In this document: one piece after another, positions 9,446 through 18,530 of the stretch
Layout of the letters: each line of letters starts with the position of its first letter
How positions within the stretch are numbered: position 1 is the stretch's first letter
Assembly: GCA_040767085.1 (NCBI GenBank)
Contig: JAXGPF010000018.1
Span: forward strand, 1 to 57,369
Source: Kiritimatiellia bacterium
GTDB lineage: Bacteria; Verrucomicrobiota; Kiritimatiellia; JAAZAB01
Direction of reading: 5' to 3'
DNA: 57,369 bases
Program-made: the position numbers and the translations under genes
Notes under the pieces: generated by a model
Told to the model about the DNA's origin: nothing
Seen by the model: the letters and a program-made list of their open reading frames with translations, nothing else
Database searches by the model: none

Positions 9446-10543
9446 ATGGATTTAAAAAAATTACGCCAGGAAATTGACCGCTTGGACACCCGGCTGGTGG
9501 AACTGTTGAGCCGGCGGGCGCGGGTGGCGCTCCGGATCGGGGCGTGCAAACGTTCCCAACGCCGCGCCGCTTACGTGCCGGCCCGGGAAAAAAAAGTATT
9601 GGAAAATGTGCGGCGCTTGAATCAAGGCCCTCTGCCCGCCGAGGCCTTGATGGCGATTTACCGCGAAATCATGTCGGCTTCCATTGCCCTGGAGCAACCG
9701 ATGCGGGTGGCTTATCTGGGGCCAGTGGCGACTTTTACCCACCAGGCCGCCCGCAGCCGGTTCGGCGCCAGTGTGGAATATCTGCCCTGCGAAACGATCA
9801 GCGATGTGTTCAATGCCGTCCAGACCCGGCAGGCGGATTACGGCGTGGCGCCGGTGGAAAATTCCATCGAAGGCGCCGTTACACACACCCTGGATGAACT
9901 GGCGGGAAGTTCCCTGAAAATCTGCGCGGAAATCTACCTGCGCATTTCCCACCACCTGATGGCCGTACAGCCGGAGCGCCGCCTGATCCGCCGGATATAC
10001 AGCAAGGACCAGGTGTTCGGTCAATGCCGCAACTGGCTGCGGATCAACATGCCCGGGGTCGAATTATCACCCGTTTCCAGCACGGCGCGGGCGGCGGAAA
10101 TGGCCGCGCGCGAGAAAAACACGGGCGCCCTGGCCAGTTTGCTGGCGGCGGAAATGTACGGCTTGCGGGTCTTGGCGCGCAATGTCCAGGATTCCGGCGC
10201 CAACACCACGCGTTTCCTCGTGTTGGGCGCCGCTGCCGGTTCTCCCACGGGGCAGGACAAGACTTCCATGTTATTTTCGGTCAAACATCGCGCCGGCGCC
10301 TTGCACCGGGTTTTGTCGGTCTTCAAGCGGTATGGCCTTAACATGACGAAAATCGAATCGCGCCCCAGCCGGCAAAAAGCCTGGGAATACCTGTTTTTTG
10401 TGGATATCGAGGGGCATGCGGATGAGCCGCGCATTCAGCGGGCTTTGAACGATTTGGAAAAACACTGCACCATGTGCACGGTGCTGGGCGCCTATCCGCG
10501 CGCGCCGGAAGCCCCGGCGCTTCGTGCGTTAAAAGCAAAATGA
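9446..10543 (+). CDS. pheA: Bifunctional chorismate mutase/prephenate dehydratase (P-protein)
   Basis: N-terminal AroQ domain LRQEIDRLD; VAYLGP, PVENSIEG, NTTRF; ACT domain NMTKIESRP..WEYLFFVD. Confidence 0.95.
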   Translation: MDLKKLRQEIDRLDTRLVELLSRRARVALRIGACKRSQRRAAYVPAREKKVLENVRRLNQGPLPAEALMAIYREIMSASIALEQPMRVAYLGPVATFTHQAARSRFGASVEYLPCETISDVFNAVQTRQADYGVAPVENSIEGAVTHTLDELAGSSLKICAEIYLRISHHLMAVQPERRLIRRIYSKDQVFGQCRNWLRINMPGVELSPVSSTARAAEMAAREKNTGALASLLAAEMYGLRVLARNVQDSGANTTRFLVLGAAAGSPTGQDKTSMLFSVKHRAGALHRVLSVFKRYGLNMTKIESRPSRQKAWEYLFFVDIEGHADEPRIQRALNDLEKHCTMCTVLGAYPRAPEAPALRALKAK

Positions 10544-10556
10544 ACCTTCCTGATTC

Positions 10557-11594
10557 ATGCTGATCCTCGCTCTGCGTCAATCGTTTTCCCGGCGGGAATT
10601 ATGGCGGAGCGGGTTCTTCATCCGGTCTGCGGGGGTATGCCTGGCCTTGGCCGCGTATGCCCTGGCGGGCATGGCGGTTGCCGGAGTGGCGGACTCCGTG
10701 GGCGAGGCGCCGGCGGTTGCCAACACCAATGGCGCCGGCCCCGCGGCGTCCGGCGTCGGTCGGATCGATAAATACCACGAAGAAGTTTCCAGCCAAATCC
10801 GCAATTACATCCACCGTTTCGATAGTTACTTGGCGGGCCGGCATGTGCCGGACGAACCCACCGGCTCCTGGATCAGGGTGATTCCCCGGGTGGAGTGGGA
10901 GGAAGGCAAGGGCGTGTCCGCCGGCGCCGCCTTTAAAAGCCGGATCATCCTGCCGCACCTGCACGACCGCCTGGAATTGATTGCCGATAATGTGCCCAAC
11001 GCCATCTTGCCCGGCAAGGATGTGGCACCGGACCAGTATGACAGCGTCAATGCCGGGCTGCGTTTGAAGATTTTACGCGAGGATTTGTCCTGGGTGGACC
11101 TGGACGGCGGGGTGAATTTAAATCCCTGGCCGGCGCCGTTCACGCGTTTGACCGTCAGCCATGCCTTTGTCTGGGATAATGTCTGGAGTTTGGAGCTGAG
11201 CCAGCAGGGTTTTTTATACGTCAATGACGACGGCTTCGGTGAAATGTCGCAAGTGGAACTTACCCGCGCCCTGCATGCCGGCAATTACGCCCGGGCGACT
11301 TCCGCCGCCACATGGTCGGAGGAAACGGTCGGGGTGGAGTGGGAGCAGACTTTCATGTTGTGGCGTGAACTTGGCCGCAAACGCACCGTTGAAACCAGCC
11401 TGAGTTTTTTCGGACATGTGGATGCAGCCTCGCTGATGGATAATTACCGGGCGAACTGCACCTACCGCTGGAATGCTTTCCGGCCCTGGCTGTTTTTCAG
11501 CATCACCCCGCAGATCGCGTTCCCGCGCGAGCGCGATTATGCCCTCACCCCGCTGCTGCGCTTCTGCATGGAAATCACCTGCGGCGATTCCTGA
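10557..11594 (+). CDS. Hypothetical outer-membrane beta-barrel protein (start uncertain)
   Basis: Hydrophobic signal-like segment followed by many amphipathic strands with alternating hydrophobic/aromatic residues; YRW..RPWLFFSITPQIAFP near the C-terminus. Confidence 0.6.
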   Translation: MLILALRQSFSRRELWRSGFFIRSAGVCLALAAYALAGMAVAGVADSVGEAPAVANTNGAGPAASGVGRIDKYHEEVSSQIRNYIHRFDSYLAGRHVPDEPTGSWIRVIPRVEWEEGKGVSAGAAFKSRIILPHLHDRLELIADNVPNAILPGKDVAPDQYDSVNAGLRLKILREDLSWVDLDGGVNLNPWPAPFTRLTVSHAFVWDNVWSLELSQQGFLYVNDDGFGEMSQVELTRALHAGNYARATSAATWSEETVGVEWEQTFMLWRELGRKRTVETSLSFFGHVDAASLMDNYRANCTYRWNAFRPWLFFSITPQIAFPRERDYALTPLLRFCMEITCGDS

Positions 11595-11598
11595 CGGA

Positions 11599-12519
11599 TC
11601 AAGCATCCGGTTTGCGGGGATGGCGCGCGCTCCCGGCGGGCGTTTTTTTACGCTTTGGTTGCGCCCGCGCCAGGCATGCCGCGGGGCGGATGCCGAAACG
11701 CCGTTTGAACAGGCGGCTGAAATAGAGCGGGTCGTGGAAACCCGCCGCTTCCGCCGCCTGTTTCACCAGCAGGTTGCCGGCGGCCAGCAGTTGCCGGGCC
11801 TTGAGCAGCCGGATTTCATTGATGTAGCGGTGCAGGGGCATTTTTTCCGCCCGCCGGAAGATGGCATTCAAATGGCCCGGCGCGTAGTGAACGATCCCGG
11901 CCATCTTTTGCAGTGAAATATCCTCCCAGTAGTATTCGCGGACGTAATGCTTGACCTGCTCGACAATTTGTTCGTGGTAATCGGCGGCCGGGCGTCCGTC
12001 GGCGGCATGTTCCATGAGAAAATAGCAGAGGCATTCCATCAGGAGATAATGGAATTTCGCCTGCAAATGCCCGTCCCGGCCGAATCCCGGGGCGCGGGAA
12101 GTCTGCCATAACCGGCCGCACATCGGCGGGGCGATGGCCAGGCGTTTTTTGGACGTGGCATAGCCGGTCAGCGGGTCGTATTCCGTGATGTGAAAGAACA
12201 GCGCGGCCGGGAAAACCGTTGCCCAAAGCATCCGATAGCTTTTATCCGGCGCCAGATAATGCTCGCCATGGAGGGCGCCGGGGATGAACACCTGGGGTTG
12301 GCGCGGCGGGCAGATGAACCAGTGGCCGTTGACCCCCAGCGCCAGTTGGCCTTGCAGCAGGCAGACCATTTCCATTTGATGGTGGGCGTGCGGCGCATAA
12401 AAAAATTCTTTAAGGTTGAGGTCCGCCGCCGGCGCGGCGGGCCGATCGTCCCGCGCATAGAAGCGGATGCCTCTTTCGGACAGGGCGCATAAAAAAAGCG
12501 ATAAGTCCTGGTTATTCAT
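11599..12519 (-). CDS. AraC-family transcriptional regulator (cupin + HTH)
   Basis: Cupin H.H...E motif; C-terminal RLLKARQLL...VKQAAEAAGFHDPLYFSRLFKRRFGIRP. Divergent from the DegT operon. Confidence 0.93.
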   Translation of the reverse strand: MNNQDLSLFLCALSERGIRFYARDDRPAAPAADLNLKEFFYAPHAHHQMEMVCLLQGQLALGVNGHWFICPPRQPQVFIPGALHGEHYLAPDKSYRMLWATVFPAALFFHITEYDPLTGYATSKKRLAIAPPMCGRLWQTSRAPGFGRDGHLQAKFHYLLMECLCYFLMEHAADGRPAADYHEQIVEQVKHYVREYYWEDISLQKMAGIVHYAPGHLNAIFRRAEKMPLHRYINEIRLLKARQLLAAGNLLVKQAAEAAGFHDPLYFSRLFKRRFGIRPAACLARAQPKRKKTPAGSARHPRKPDA

Positions 12520-12523
12520 GCTT

Positions 12524-12557
12524 CGTTTTGTCCATGCGGATTGCGCGTTTTATACAT
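12524..12557. promoter_or_regulatory. Candidate AraC binding direct repeats
   Basis: CGTTTTGTCCAT (12524-12535) and CGTTTTATACAT (12546-12557), 22 bp apart (two helical turns), in the divergent intergenic region. Confidence 0.45.
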
Positions 12558-12686
12558 CCAATTCTGTTTGCATGCAATTTTTATTTCATGTTAAATGATC
12601 AGCAGTTGAAACGCAGAGGGCGGCGCGGGCCGCCCGGCAGGCACCGCGGCCTTCCGCGGGGAATGAAACAAAACCAGGAAACAGCT

Positions 12687-13958
12687 ATGCCCAAAGTAAC
12701 TTACCGCAAGTATTCCACGGACGAACTGATGGAAGTGGTGGATGTCTTCAATGTCAGCGCCGATGCGCAGCGGCGCATCCGCGCCATCCTGGAGGCGGAA
12801 AAGCAAGTTCCGGACGCCGGCAACTTTTTCCGGTATTACAATCCCCGCAGCAAGACCGTCCAATTCGAGGAAATGGTAAAAAAACAGACCGGCGCCCGGC
12901 ACGCCTTGGCGGTTAATTCGGGTACCAGCGCCCTGATCGCCGCGATGGTGGCGGCGGAAATCGGGCCCGGCGACGAGGTGATCCTCCCGGCCTATACCTT
13001 TTTTGCCAGCGCTTCCGCCGTGGTGGTGGCGCGCGGCATCCCGGTGATCACCGAAATTGACGAGACGCTGACGTTGGACCCGGCCGCCGTGGAGCGCAAT
13101 ATCACGGCGAAGACCAAGGCCATCCTGCCGGTGCACATGCTGGGGCTGCCGTGCAAGATGAAGGAATTGCGCGCCATCGCCGCCAAGCATAAAATCAAAA
13201 TCATCGAAGACACCGCCCAAGCGTTCGGCGGCAAATACCAGGGCAAATATCTCGGCACCCTGGGCGATATCGGGTGCGTCAGCCTGGATGCCTACAAGGT
13301 CATCGGCACCGGCGAGGGCGGGCTGCTTCTGACCGACGACGAATGGCTGTATACCCGCGCCCAGAGCTGGCACGATGCCGCCGCCTGCTGGCGGCCGGAC
13401 CGCTATGCGCGGGAACGCAAGCCCGGCGAGTTGTTCTGCGGGGAGAATTACCGTATGCCGGAACTCTGCGCCGCAGTCGGCATCGCCCAGCTCCGGAAAC
13501 TGGACGCGATCAACCAGGCCACCCGCGCCGCCTGGACCCAGTTGCGCGCCGAAGTCCGGCTCCCGTCCTGCGCCAGTTGGGTGGAATGCAATGACCCGGA
13601 AGGCGTGTGCGGTTACACCCTTGGTATGCTGTTCGAAAACAACGAGCAGGCGGTGAAAGCCATCAACGCCAAAATCGGTTTGGGCGGCCTGGCCGCCAAG
13701 GACACCAAGGGCGTGCGCGACTGGCATGTCTATTGGAACTGGGAGCATATCCTGGACCGCAAGAGCGCCACGCCGGAAGGCTGTCCGTTTACCTGTCCGC
13801 ATGTCAGGCAACTGCCGGCATATTCGACGGATATGTGCCCCAAGACGAAAAATATAATGATGCGCCTGGCAACCCTTGGTATCAGCCCGGCTTATGACCG
13901 GGCGGAAGTGTCCCAGCGCGCGCAAAAATTGAGCGCGGATTTGCAGGCGTTGTTTTAA
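12687..13958 (+). CDS. DegT/DnrJ/EryC1/StrS-family PLP-dependent sugar aminotransferase
   Basis: NSGTSAL, IGPGDEVILPAYTF, PVHMLG, IEDTAQA, SLDAYKVIGTGEGG (PLP Lys), GENYRM. CAGGA RBS. Confidence 0.92.
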   Translation: MPKVTYRKYSTDELMEVVDVFNVSADAQRRIRAILEAEKQVPDAGNFFRYYNPRSKTVQFEEMVKKQTGARHALAVNSGTSALIAAMVAAEIGPGDEVILPAYTFFASASAVVVARGIPVITEIDETLTLDPAAVERNITAKTKAILPVHMLGLPCKMKELRAIAAKHKIKIIEDTAQAFGGKYQGKYLGTLGDIGCVSLDAYKVIGTGEGGLLLTDDEWLYTRAQSWHDAAACWRPDRYARERKPGELFCGENYRMPELCAAVGIAQLRKLDAINQATRAAWTQLRAEVRLPSCASWVECNDPEGVCGYTLGMLFENNEQAVKAINAKIGLGGLAAKDTKGVRDWHVYWNWEHILDRKSATPEGCPFTCPHVRQLPAYSTDMCPKTKNIMMRLATLGISPAYDRAEVSQRAQKLSADLQALF

Positions 13959-13988
13959 TTCACCGCGAAAGAGCGCAAGGAACGCAAA
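13956..13988 (+). repeat. Intergenic ~9-nt-periodic repeat, copy 1
   Basis: TAATTCACCGCGAAAGAGCGCAAGGAACGCAAA; 32/33 identical to 17651-17683. Confidence 0.85.
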
Positions 13989-14056
13989 AGCCATCAACGA
14001 CAGAAGCGTTTGTGGTCTTTTGTCACTGAACCGGATGAGCGGATGGAGCGAAGAAA

Positions 14057-14836
14057 ATGATAAAAATCAACGCCTTGGTGGACTTGTTTTTCAAGGACTT
14101 GCCGCTGGATGAGCGCGTGCCGGCCATCGCCGCCTGCGGGTACAAATACATTGAAACCTGGAAGGGCAAAGACGCCGGCGAGCTGCGGAAAATGCAGGCT
14201 GCCGGCCGCGATTGCGGCGTGGAACTGGTCAGCATTGTGATGAACTTCGCCACGGAAGACCAAGTGGCGCCCATCCGCCCGGAAAATCGCGAGCGCTTCC
14301 TGGAGCAGATGGACCGCTACGCCGACAATGCGCTGTCCGCCGGCTGCCGCCAGGGGATCGTCACCGCCGGTCAGGCTGTCGCCGGGCGCACCCCCGCGGA
14401 CCAGCGCCGGGCATTGGTGGCGGCGTTGCGCGCGGCCGGCGAACGGGTTGCTTCGCGCGGCTTCAAATTGAATCTCGAACCGTTGAACACGGCGGTGGAT
14501 CATGCCGGGTATTTCCTGGACGATCCCCTGGAGGGGCTTGCCATTGTCCGGGAAGTCGGACTGCCGAACGTCCGGATGTTGTATGATGTCTATCATATGA
14601 CCATCATGACCGGCAACCAGACGGCATTCCTGGAGCAAAACATCGAATGGATCGGCCATTTTCATGCCGCCGGCGTGCCGGGCCGGCACGAGCCGTTTGC
14701 AGGCGAAACTAATTATCCCTTCCTGCTCCGCCGGATCAATGCCGCGGGCTACGATGGATTCATGGGTCTGGAATACATGCCGGCACTGCCTTGTCCGGAA
14801 ACCCTGGTGAAAACCCTGGAATATTTGAGCGTTTAA
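14057..14836 (+). CDS. Hydroxypyruvate isomerase-like / sugar phosphate isomerase-epimerase TIM barrel
   Basis: LNLEPLNTAVDHAGYFL, MLYDVYHM, IGHFHAAGVPGRHEP..GE.NY, GYDGFMGLEY. Confidence 0.88.
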   Translation: MIKINALVDLFFKDLPLDERVPAIAACGYKYIETWKGKDAGELRKMQAAGRDCGVELVSIVMNFATEDQVAPIRPENRERFLEQMDRYADNALSAGCRQGIVTAGQAVAGRTPADQRRALVAALRAAGERVASRGFKLNLEPLNTAVDHAGYFLDDPLEGLAIVREVGLPNVRMLYDVYHMTIMTGNQTAFLEQNIEWIGHFHAAGVPGRHEPFAGETNYPFLLRRINAAGYDGFMGLEYMPALPCPETLVKTLEYLSV

Positions 14837-14896
14837 AGCTGGGATGCTTGCAAAACGTGGGTTTTGCAGTTGGATCAATCGGCAATAATATCCAAT

Positions 14897-15129
14897 CCTG
14901 AATCCGTGACGGGATTTTATGTTGTCAAGATAATGTGCGTACAAACAACAATTTATGGCATTTTAAAATATCACCAAAAACACACGGCGCTGTTTGGCGG
15001 AAAAGACCGCCCTGCGGGTGAGGCCATTATGCCGCATCTGCTTTGTTGCGAAGGATTCGCGGTATATTTATACAGCTTCATCCTTCGCGCCTCGCATCCG
15101 CGGCATACTGACCTCATCACGGATTCAGG
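14897..15129. mobile_element. MITE, 233 bp, non-autonomous
   Basis: Perfect 13-bp terminal inverted repeats CCTGAATCCGTGA (14897-14909) / TCACGGATTCAGG (15117-15129), flanked by a 5-bp direct repeat CCAAT (14892-14896, 15130-15134). AT-richer interior, no transposase. Confidence 0.85.
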
Positions 15130-15180
15130 CCAATCATTAACTTGGCGCCGGTGCGCCCCCCGCCCCGGGCTGGTCATTCC

Positions 15181-15960
15181 ATGAAAATTTCTTCGCAAAC
15201 TCCAGTTGCGGGCAATGCGTACCCGTCCGGTGTGAAGCGGATTGACTTCATCAGCGATTATGACGGGCGGGAAGATTGGGCGCTTTTTCTGCCGGGCGAT
15301 CCAGCCCGGAATACCGTGGTTTACATGCACGGCTCATTTTCCGATGCCGGCCAGATTTTCACCCGCGCGGATATCCGCCATCACTGGCTGCCGCGCATCA
15401 TGGCCGGGCGCCATCCGCTGCTGTCGCTCAACCTGCGCGGCACGGAATACATGAGCCCGGCGGTGGCGGCGGACACGACGGACATGCTGGATTACTGCCG
15501 GGCGGAGTTGGGCTCTGAAAACATTGTGCTGCTGGGCGGATCGGGCGGAGCTTCCAGCGCCATGGCCTACGCCGTACTGCATCCCGAGCAAATCCAGGGT
15601 GTGGTGGCCATGGGCATGTGTGATATCTTTGCGCGGCTGGATTGCGCGCGAAAATCTTCCAATCCCACATTGCAAAAGCTGGCCGCCGCGGTGTTCACCG
15701 CCTATGGCGGAACATTGGAGGAGAAGCCCGAGCTTTACCGCGCACGCTCCGTGCTGGCGCATTCGGACCGTCTGATGCATCTTCCGATAATTCTGGCCAT
15801 GGGCGAAAAAGACGCCTTGATCCCGGTGTTGGAAACGCGTAAAGTGGCGATCGCATTGCGTGATAATCCGCGCTTTGTATATCACGAGATTCCAGGTGGC
15901 AACCACGATGCGCCGTGCTGGATTGATGTGGATTTGGAGACTTTGAAACTGCGATTGTAG
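15181..15960 (+). CDS. Alpha/beta hydrolase (S9/esterase-like)
   Basis: YMHG oxyanion motif, GGSGG nucleophile elbow, GEKDALIP (Asp), GGNH (His). Confidence 0.85.
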   Translation: MKISSQTPVAGNAYPSGVKRIDFISDYDGREDWALFLPGDPARNTVVYMHGSFSDAGQIFTRADIRHHWLPRIMAGRHPLLSLNLRGTEYMSPAVAADTTDMLDYCRAELGSENIVLLGGSGGASSAMAYAVLHPEQIQGVVAMGMCDIFARLDCARKSSNPTLQKLAAAVFTAYGGTLEEKPELYRARSVLAHSDRLMHLPIILAMGEKDALIPVLETRKVAIALRDNPRFVYHEIPGGNHDAPCWIDVDLETLKLRL

Positions 15961-15985
15961 GCGTTGGGATTCAGGAGGAATGACA

Positions 15986-17602
15986 ATGCAAAATATGACA
16001 TGGTTCAACATTAACGGTAGCATCGGGCGGGGGGCGTACGAGGAGCCGGAATTTCCCACCGCCCAGTCGTTCGTGGAGCACCTGGATTATCTCGGGATTG
16101 ACCGGTCGCTGGTGTGGCACGTGGCCGCGCGCGATATGCGGCCGCTGGAGGGGAACCGGCGCCTGCTGCGCGAGATCGAAGAAGCCGGCCTGGGGCAGCG
16201 GTTGCTGCCGGCGTTCATTATTACGCCGGCCTGCTTTTTTGAATACGGCGTGATGGATTACCTGCGGGAACAGCTCCGCACCGGACGGGTGCGCGCCCTG
16301 CGCATTACGCCGAAGATGTCGCGCTTCCCGATCCGGGAAATCGAACGGGTGGTGGGCGAACTGGCGGAATTCGAGCCGGTATTGTTTTGCGATTCCGGCC
16401 ATGGCGCGCCGGAGTCGGAAATCCGGGACCTGGAACATCTGGCCCGGACCTTCCCCGGGGTAGCCGTCGTCATCACCCAGAAAATGTGGGGCGGATTCCA
16501 CAGCGTGCTGGACTTGATGTGGCGCTGCCCGAATGTGTATGTTGACACATCCTGGCTGCACATGCGCAATACACTGGAATTGCTGGCCGAGCATTACGGC
16601 GCCGGGCGCGTCCTGTTCGGCGTCGGTTTCAAGGCGCATTACGGCGCCGCCATCGCCGCGTTGGCACACGCGCGTCTGACCGGCGCCCAACGCGAAGCGA
16701 TCGCCCACGGCAACCTCGAACGGCTGCTGAAAAGCGAACCGCTGCGGGAAAAACTTGCCCGTCCGCCCGCCTTGCTTGATCGTAAACCTTTGTGGCGCAG
16801 ATTGCGCTCCGGACAGCCGGTGGCGGGCGTGGAGGTGATTGACGCCCATGGCCATACACCGCCGCATACCCGCGGTTGGGTCATCCGCCAGCAGGACATT
16901 CAGCAGGGCATTGCCGAGGTGATTGGCGTCATGGATCATCTGGGCATCCGCCGCCTGATCCTGTCGCCGGAAGCGGCCCTGTTCGGCGAAAACCTCGCCG
17001 GCAACCGGGCGGTGGAGCAGCTGCTGACGTCCTGCCGGGACCGGATTTCCGGTTACCTGGTTTATAATCCGCGCTTCGCGGAGGAAATGCTGCCGGCATT
17101 GGATGGATTCTTCCAGCGCGGGTTTTTCGTCGGGTTCAAGTTGCTGGCGGCTTACTGGAAAATTCCGCTGACCGATCCGGGCTACCAGCCGGTATGGGAG
17201 TATGCCTACCGGCATCATCTCCCGATCCTGCTGCATACGTGGGATGACTCCTACAATTCGCCCGTCCTGCTTGAAGGCATTGTCAAAAAATATCCCAACG
17301 CCGTCTTCCTGCTCGGGCATTCCGGCGGCGGCACCCGCGGGCGGCTCGAAGCGGAATCCCTGGCGCAGGCCAACCCCAACGTGTACCTGGAATTCTGCGG
17401 CAGTTTCACCACGCCGCGTCCATTCGAGACTTCCCTGCAACTGGTGGGGAAGACCCGCGTAATCTTCGGTTCCGACACCGCCGCCCATGACCCGGCGTGG
17501 GAACTGGGGCGTTACCTGTCCATGCCGCTGCCGGATGATGAGCTGATTCCAGGGCTGGGCAGCAATATGCGTAAAATATTGGATGGCGCCAAATGTGACT
17601 GA
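15986..17602 (+). CDS. Tandem two-domain amidohydrolase (Amidohydro_2-like x2)
   Basis: Domain 1 ends PNVYVDTS..GRVLFGVGF. Domain 2 has IDAHGH, ILLHTW, LGHSG, PNVYLE, RVIFGSD. AGGAGG RBS 7 nt before ATG 15986. Confidence 0.88.
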   Translation: MQNMTWFNINGSIGRGAYEEPEFPTAQSFVEHLDYLGIDRSLVWHVAARDMRPLEGNRRLLREIEEAGLGQRLLPAFIITPACFFEYGVMDYLREQLRTGRVRALRITPKMSRFPIREIERVVGELAEFEPVLFCDSGHGAPESEIRDLEHLARTFPGVAVVITQKMWGGFHSVLDLMWRCPNVYVDTSWLHMRNTLELLAEHYGAGRVLFGVGFKAHYGAAIAALAHARLTGAQREAIAHGNLERLLKSEPLREKLARPPALLDRKPLWRRLRSGQPVAGVEVIDAHGHTPPHTRGWVIRQQDIQQGIAEVIGVMDHLGIRRLILSPEAALFGENLAGNRAVEQLLTSCRDRISGYLVYNPRFAEEMLPALDGFFQRGFFVGFKLLAAYWKIPLTDPGYQPVWEYAYRHHLPILLHTWDDSYNSPVLLEGIVKKYPNAVFLLGHSGGGTRGRLEAESLAQANPNVYLEFCGSFTTPRPFETSLQLVGKTRVIFGSDTAAHDPAWELGRYLSMPLPDDELIPGLGSNMRKILDGAKCD

Positions 17603-17606
17603 AAAT

Positions 17607-17734
17607 TTATCCGCGAAAGAGCGCGAGGAACACCAAAGCAGATGCGGAAATAATTCACCACGAAAGAGCGCAAGGAACGCAAAGGATGCTCCGGTAAAAG
17701 ATTCTTTGTGATCTATGCGATCTTTCGCGGATAA
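17607..17734. repeat. Intergenic repeat cluster: two direct copies plus one inverted copy (long hairpin potential)
   Basis: TTATCCGCGAAAGAGCGCGAGGAACACCAAAG (17607-17638), direct copy 17651-17683, inverted copy CTTTGTGATCTATGCGATCTTTCGCGGATAA (17704-17734). The outer 14 nt (TTATCCGCGAAAGA) pair perfectly. Confidence 0.85.
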
Positions 17735-17747
17735 GAAAAGAGTTTTG

Positions 17748-18530
17748 ATGAGAATAGTTGATTTCAACTCAGTAACCGGCGGAGATTTCCCGGTCGGCAT
17801 TAAACGGCTTGCGTATGACAGCGGTGTTGATGGCGTCAGGGATTGGGGATTGCTTTTGCCGGGTAAACGGCGCGATCTCTGGATGGTGGTGCTCCACGGG
17901 CACGGCGCGCGCGGCGACCAGCTTTACACCCGCAAAGATATCCGCGAAACCTGGCTGCCGGAATTTTTGAATACCGGCGCCGGCATCCTCACCCTGAATC
18001 TGCGCGGCAACGCCTGGATGTCGCCGGCCGCCGCGGTGGATTTGCACGATGTGTTGCATTATCTGCGGGCGGAACAGGGCCTGCAAAAGGCTGTCTTCTG
18101 TTCCGGATCAATGGGCGGCACCGGCAACCTGATTTACGGCGTGCTGCACCCGGAGGATGTCGCCGGCATCGTGGCGCGCGGCGCGGCGGCCGACCTGGCC
18201 GGTTATTGCAATTGGTGCCGGACTCAAACCAGGCCGATTCTGAAAGAGATTGCCGATGCCATTTATGCGGCTTATGGCGCTGCGCCAGAACAGGCGCCGG
18301 ACCTTTACCGGCGGCATTCCGCCCTGGCCAATGCCGAGCGGCTGACCATGCCGGTGTATTTGTCCCATGGCGGCGCCGATGAAATTATCCCGGTGGCGCA
18401 ATCGCGCGAGCTGGCTGAAAAAATGTCCGGCAGGTCAAATTTTCATTATCATGAAATACCGGGCGGCAACCACGACTCGCCGCTGCATGACAAGCAAGGA
18501 TTGCGGTTTGTTTTTGATCGGATTGAGTAA
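17748..18530 (+). CDS. Alpha/beta hydrolase, paralog of 15181-15960
   Basis: VLHGHG, GSMGG, HGGADEIIP, YHEIPGGNHDSP; collinear similarity to the 15181 protein. Confidence 0.87.
   Translation: MRIVDFNSVTGGDFPVGIKRLAYDSGVDGVRDWGLLLPGKRRDLWMVVLHGHGARGDQLYTRKDIRETWLPEFLNTGAGILTLNLRGNAWMSPAAAVDLHDVLHYLRAEQGLQKAVFCSGSMGGTGNLIYGVLHPEDVAGIVARGAAADLAGYCNWCRTQTRPILKEIADAIYAAYGAAPEQAPDLYRRHSALANAERLTMPVYLSHGGADEIIPVAQSRELAEKMSGRSNFHYHEIPGGNHDSPLHDKQGLRFVFDRIE

Noticed and set aside
10557-10620. SRRELW as a Tat signal
   Set aside because: Weak match to SRRxFLK, uncertain start codon, and beta-barrel proteins normally use Sec.
14849-14868. Hairpin TGCAAAAC/GTTTTGCA after the hyi-like gene as a terminator
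   Set aside because: Weak AT-rich stem without a following U tract.
15019-15116. Hairpin as an integron attC site
   Set aside because: Lacks RYYYAAC/GTTRRRY ends; no integrase or cassette array.
14864-15330. ORFs 14864-15184 (+) and 14971-15330 (-)
   Set aside because: They span the MITE and its boundaries; no motifs or RBS.
13956-17734. Repeats as a CRISPR array
   Set aside because: Only a few imperfect copies in mixed orientation, no regular unique spacers, no cas genes.
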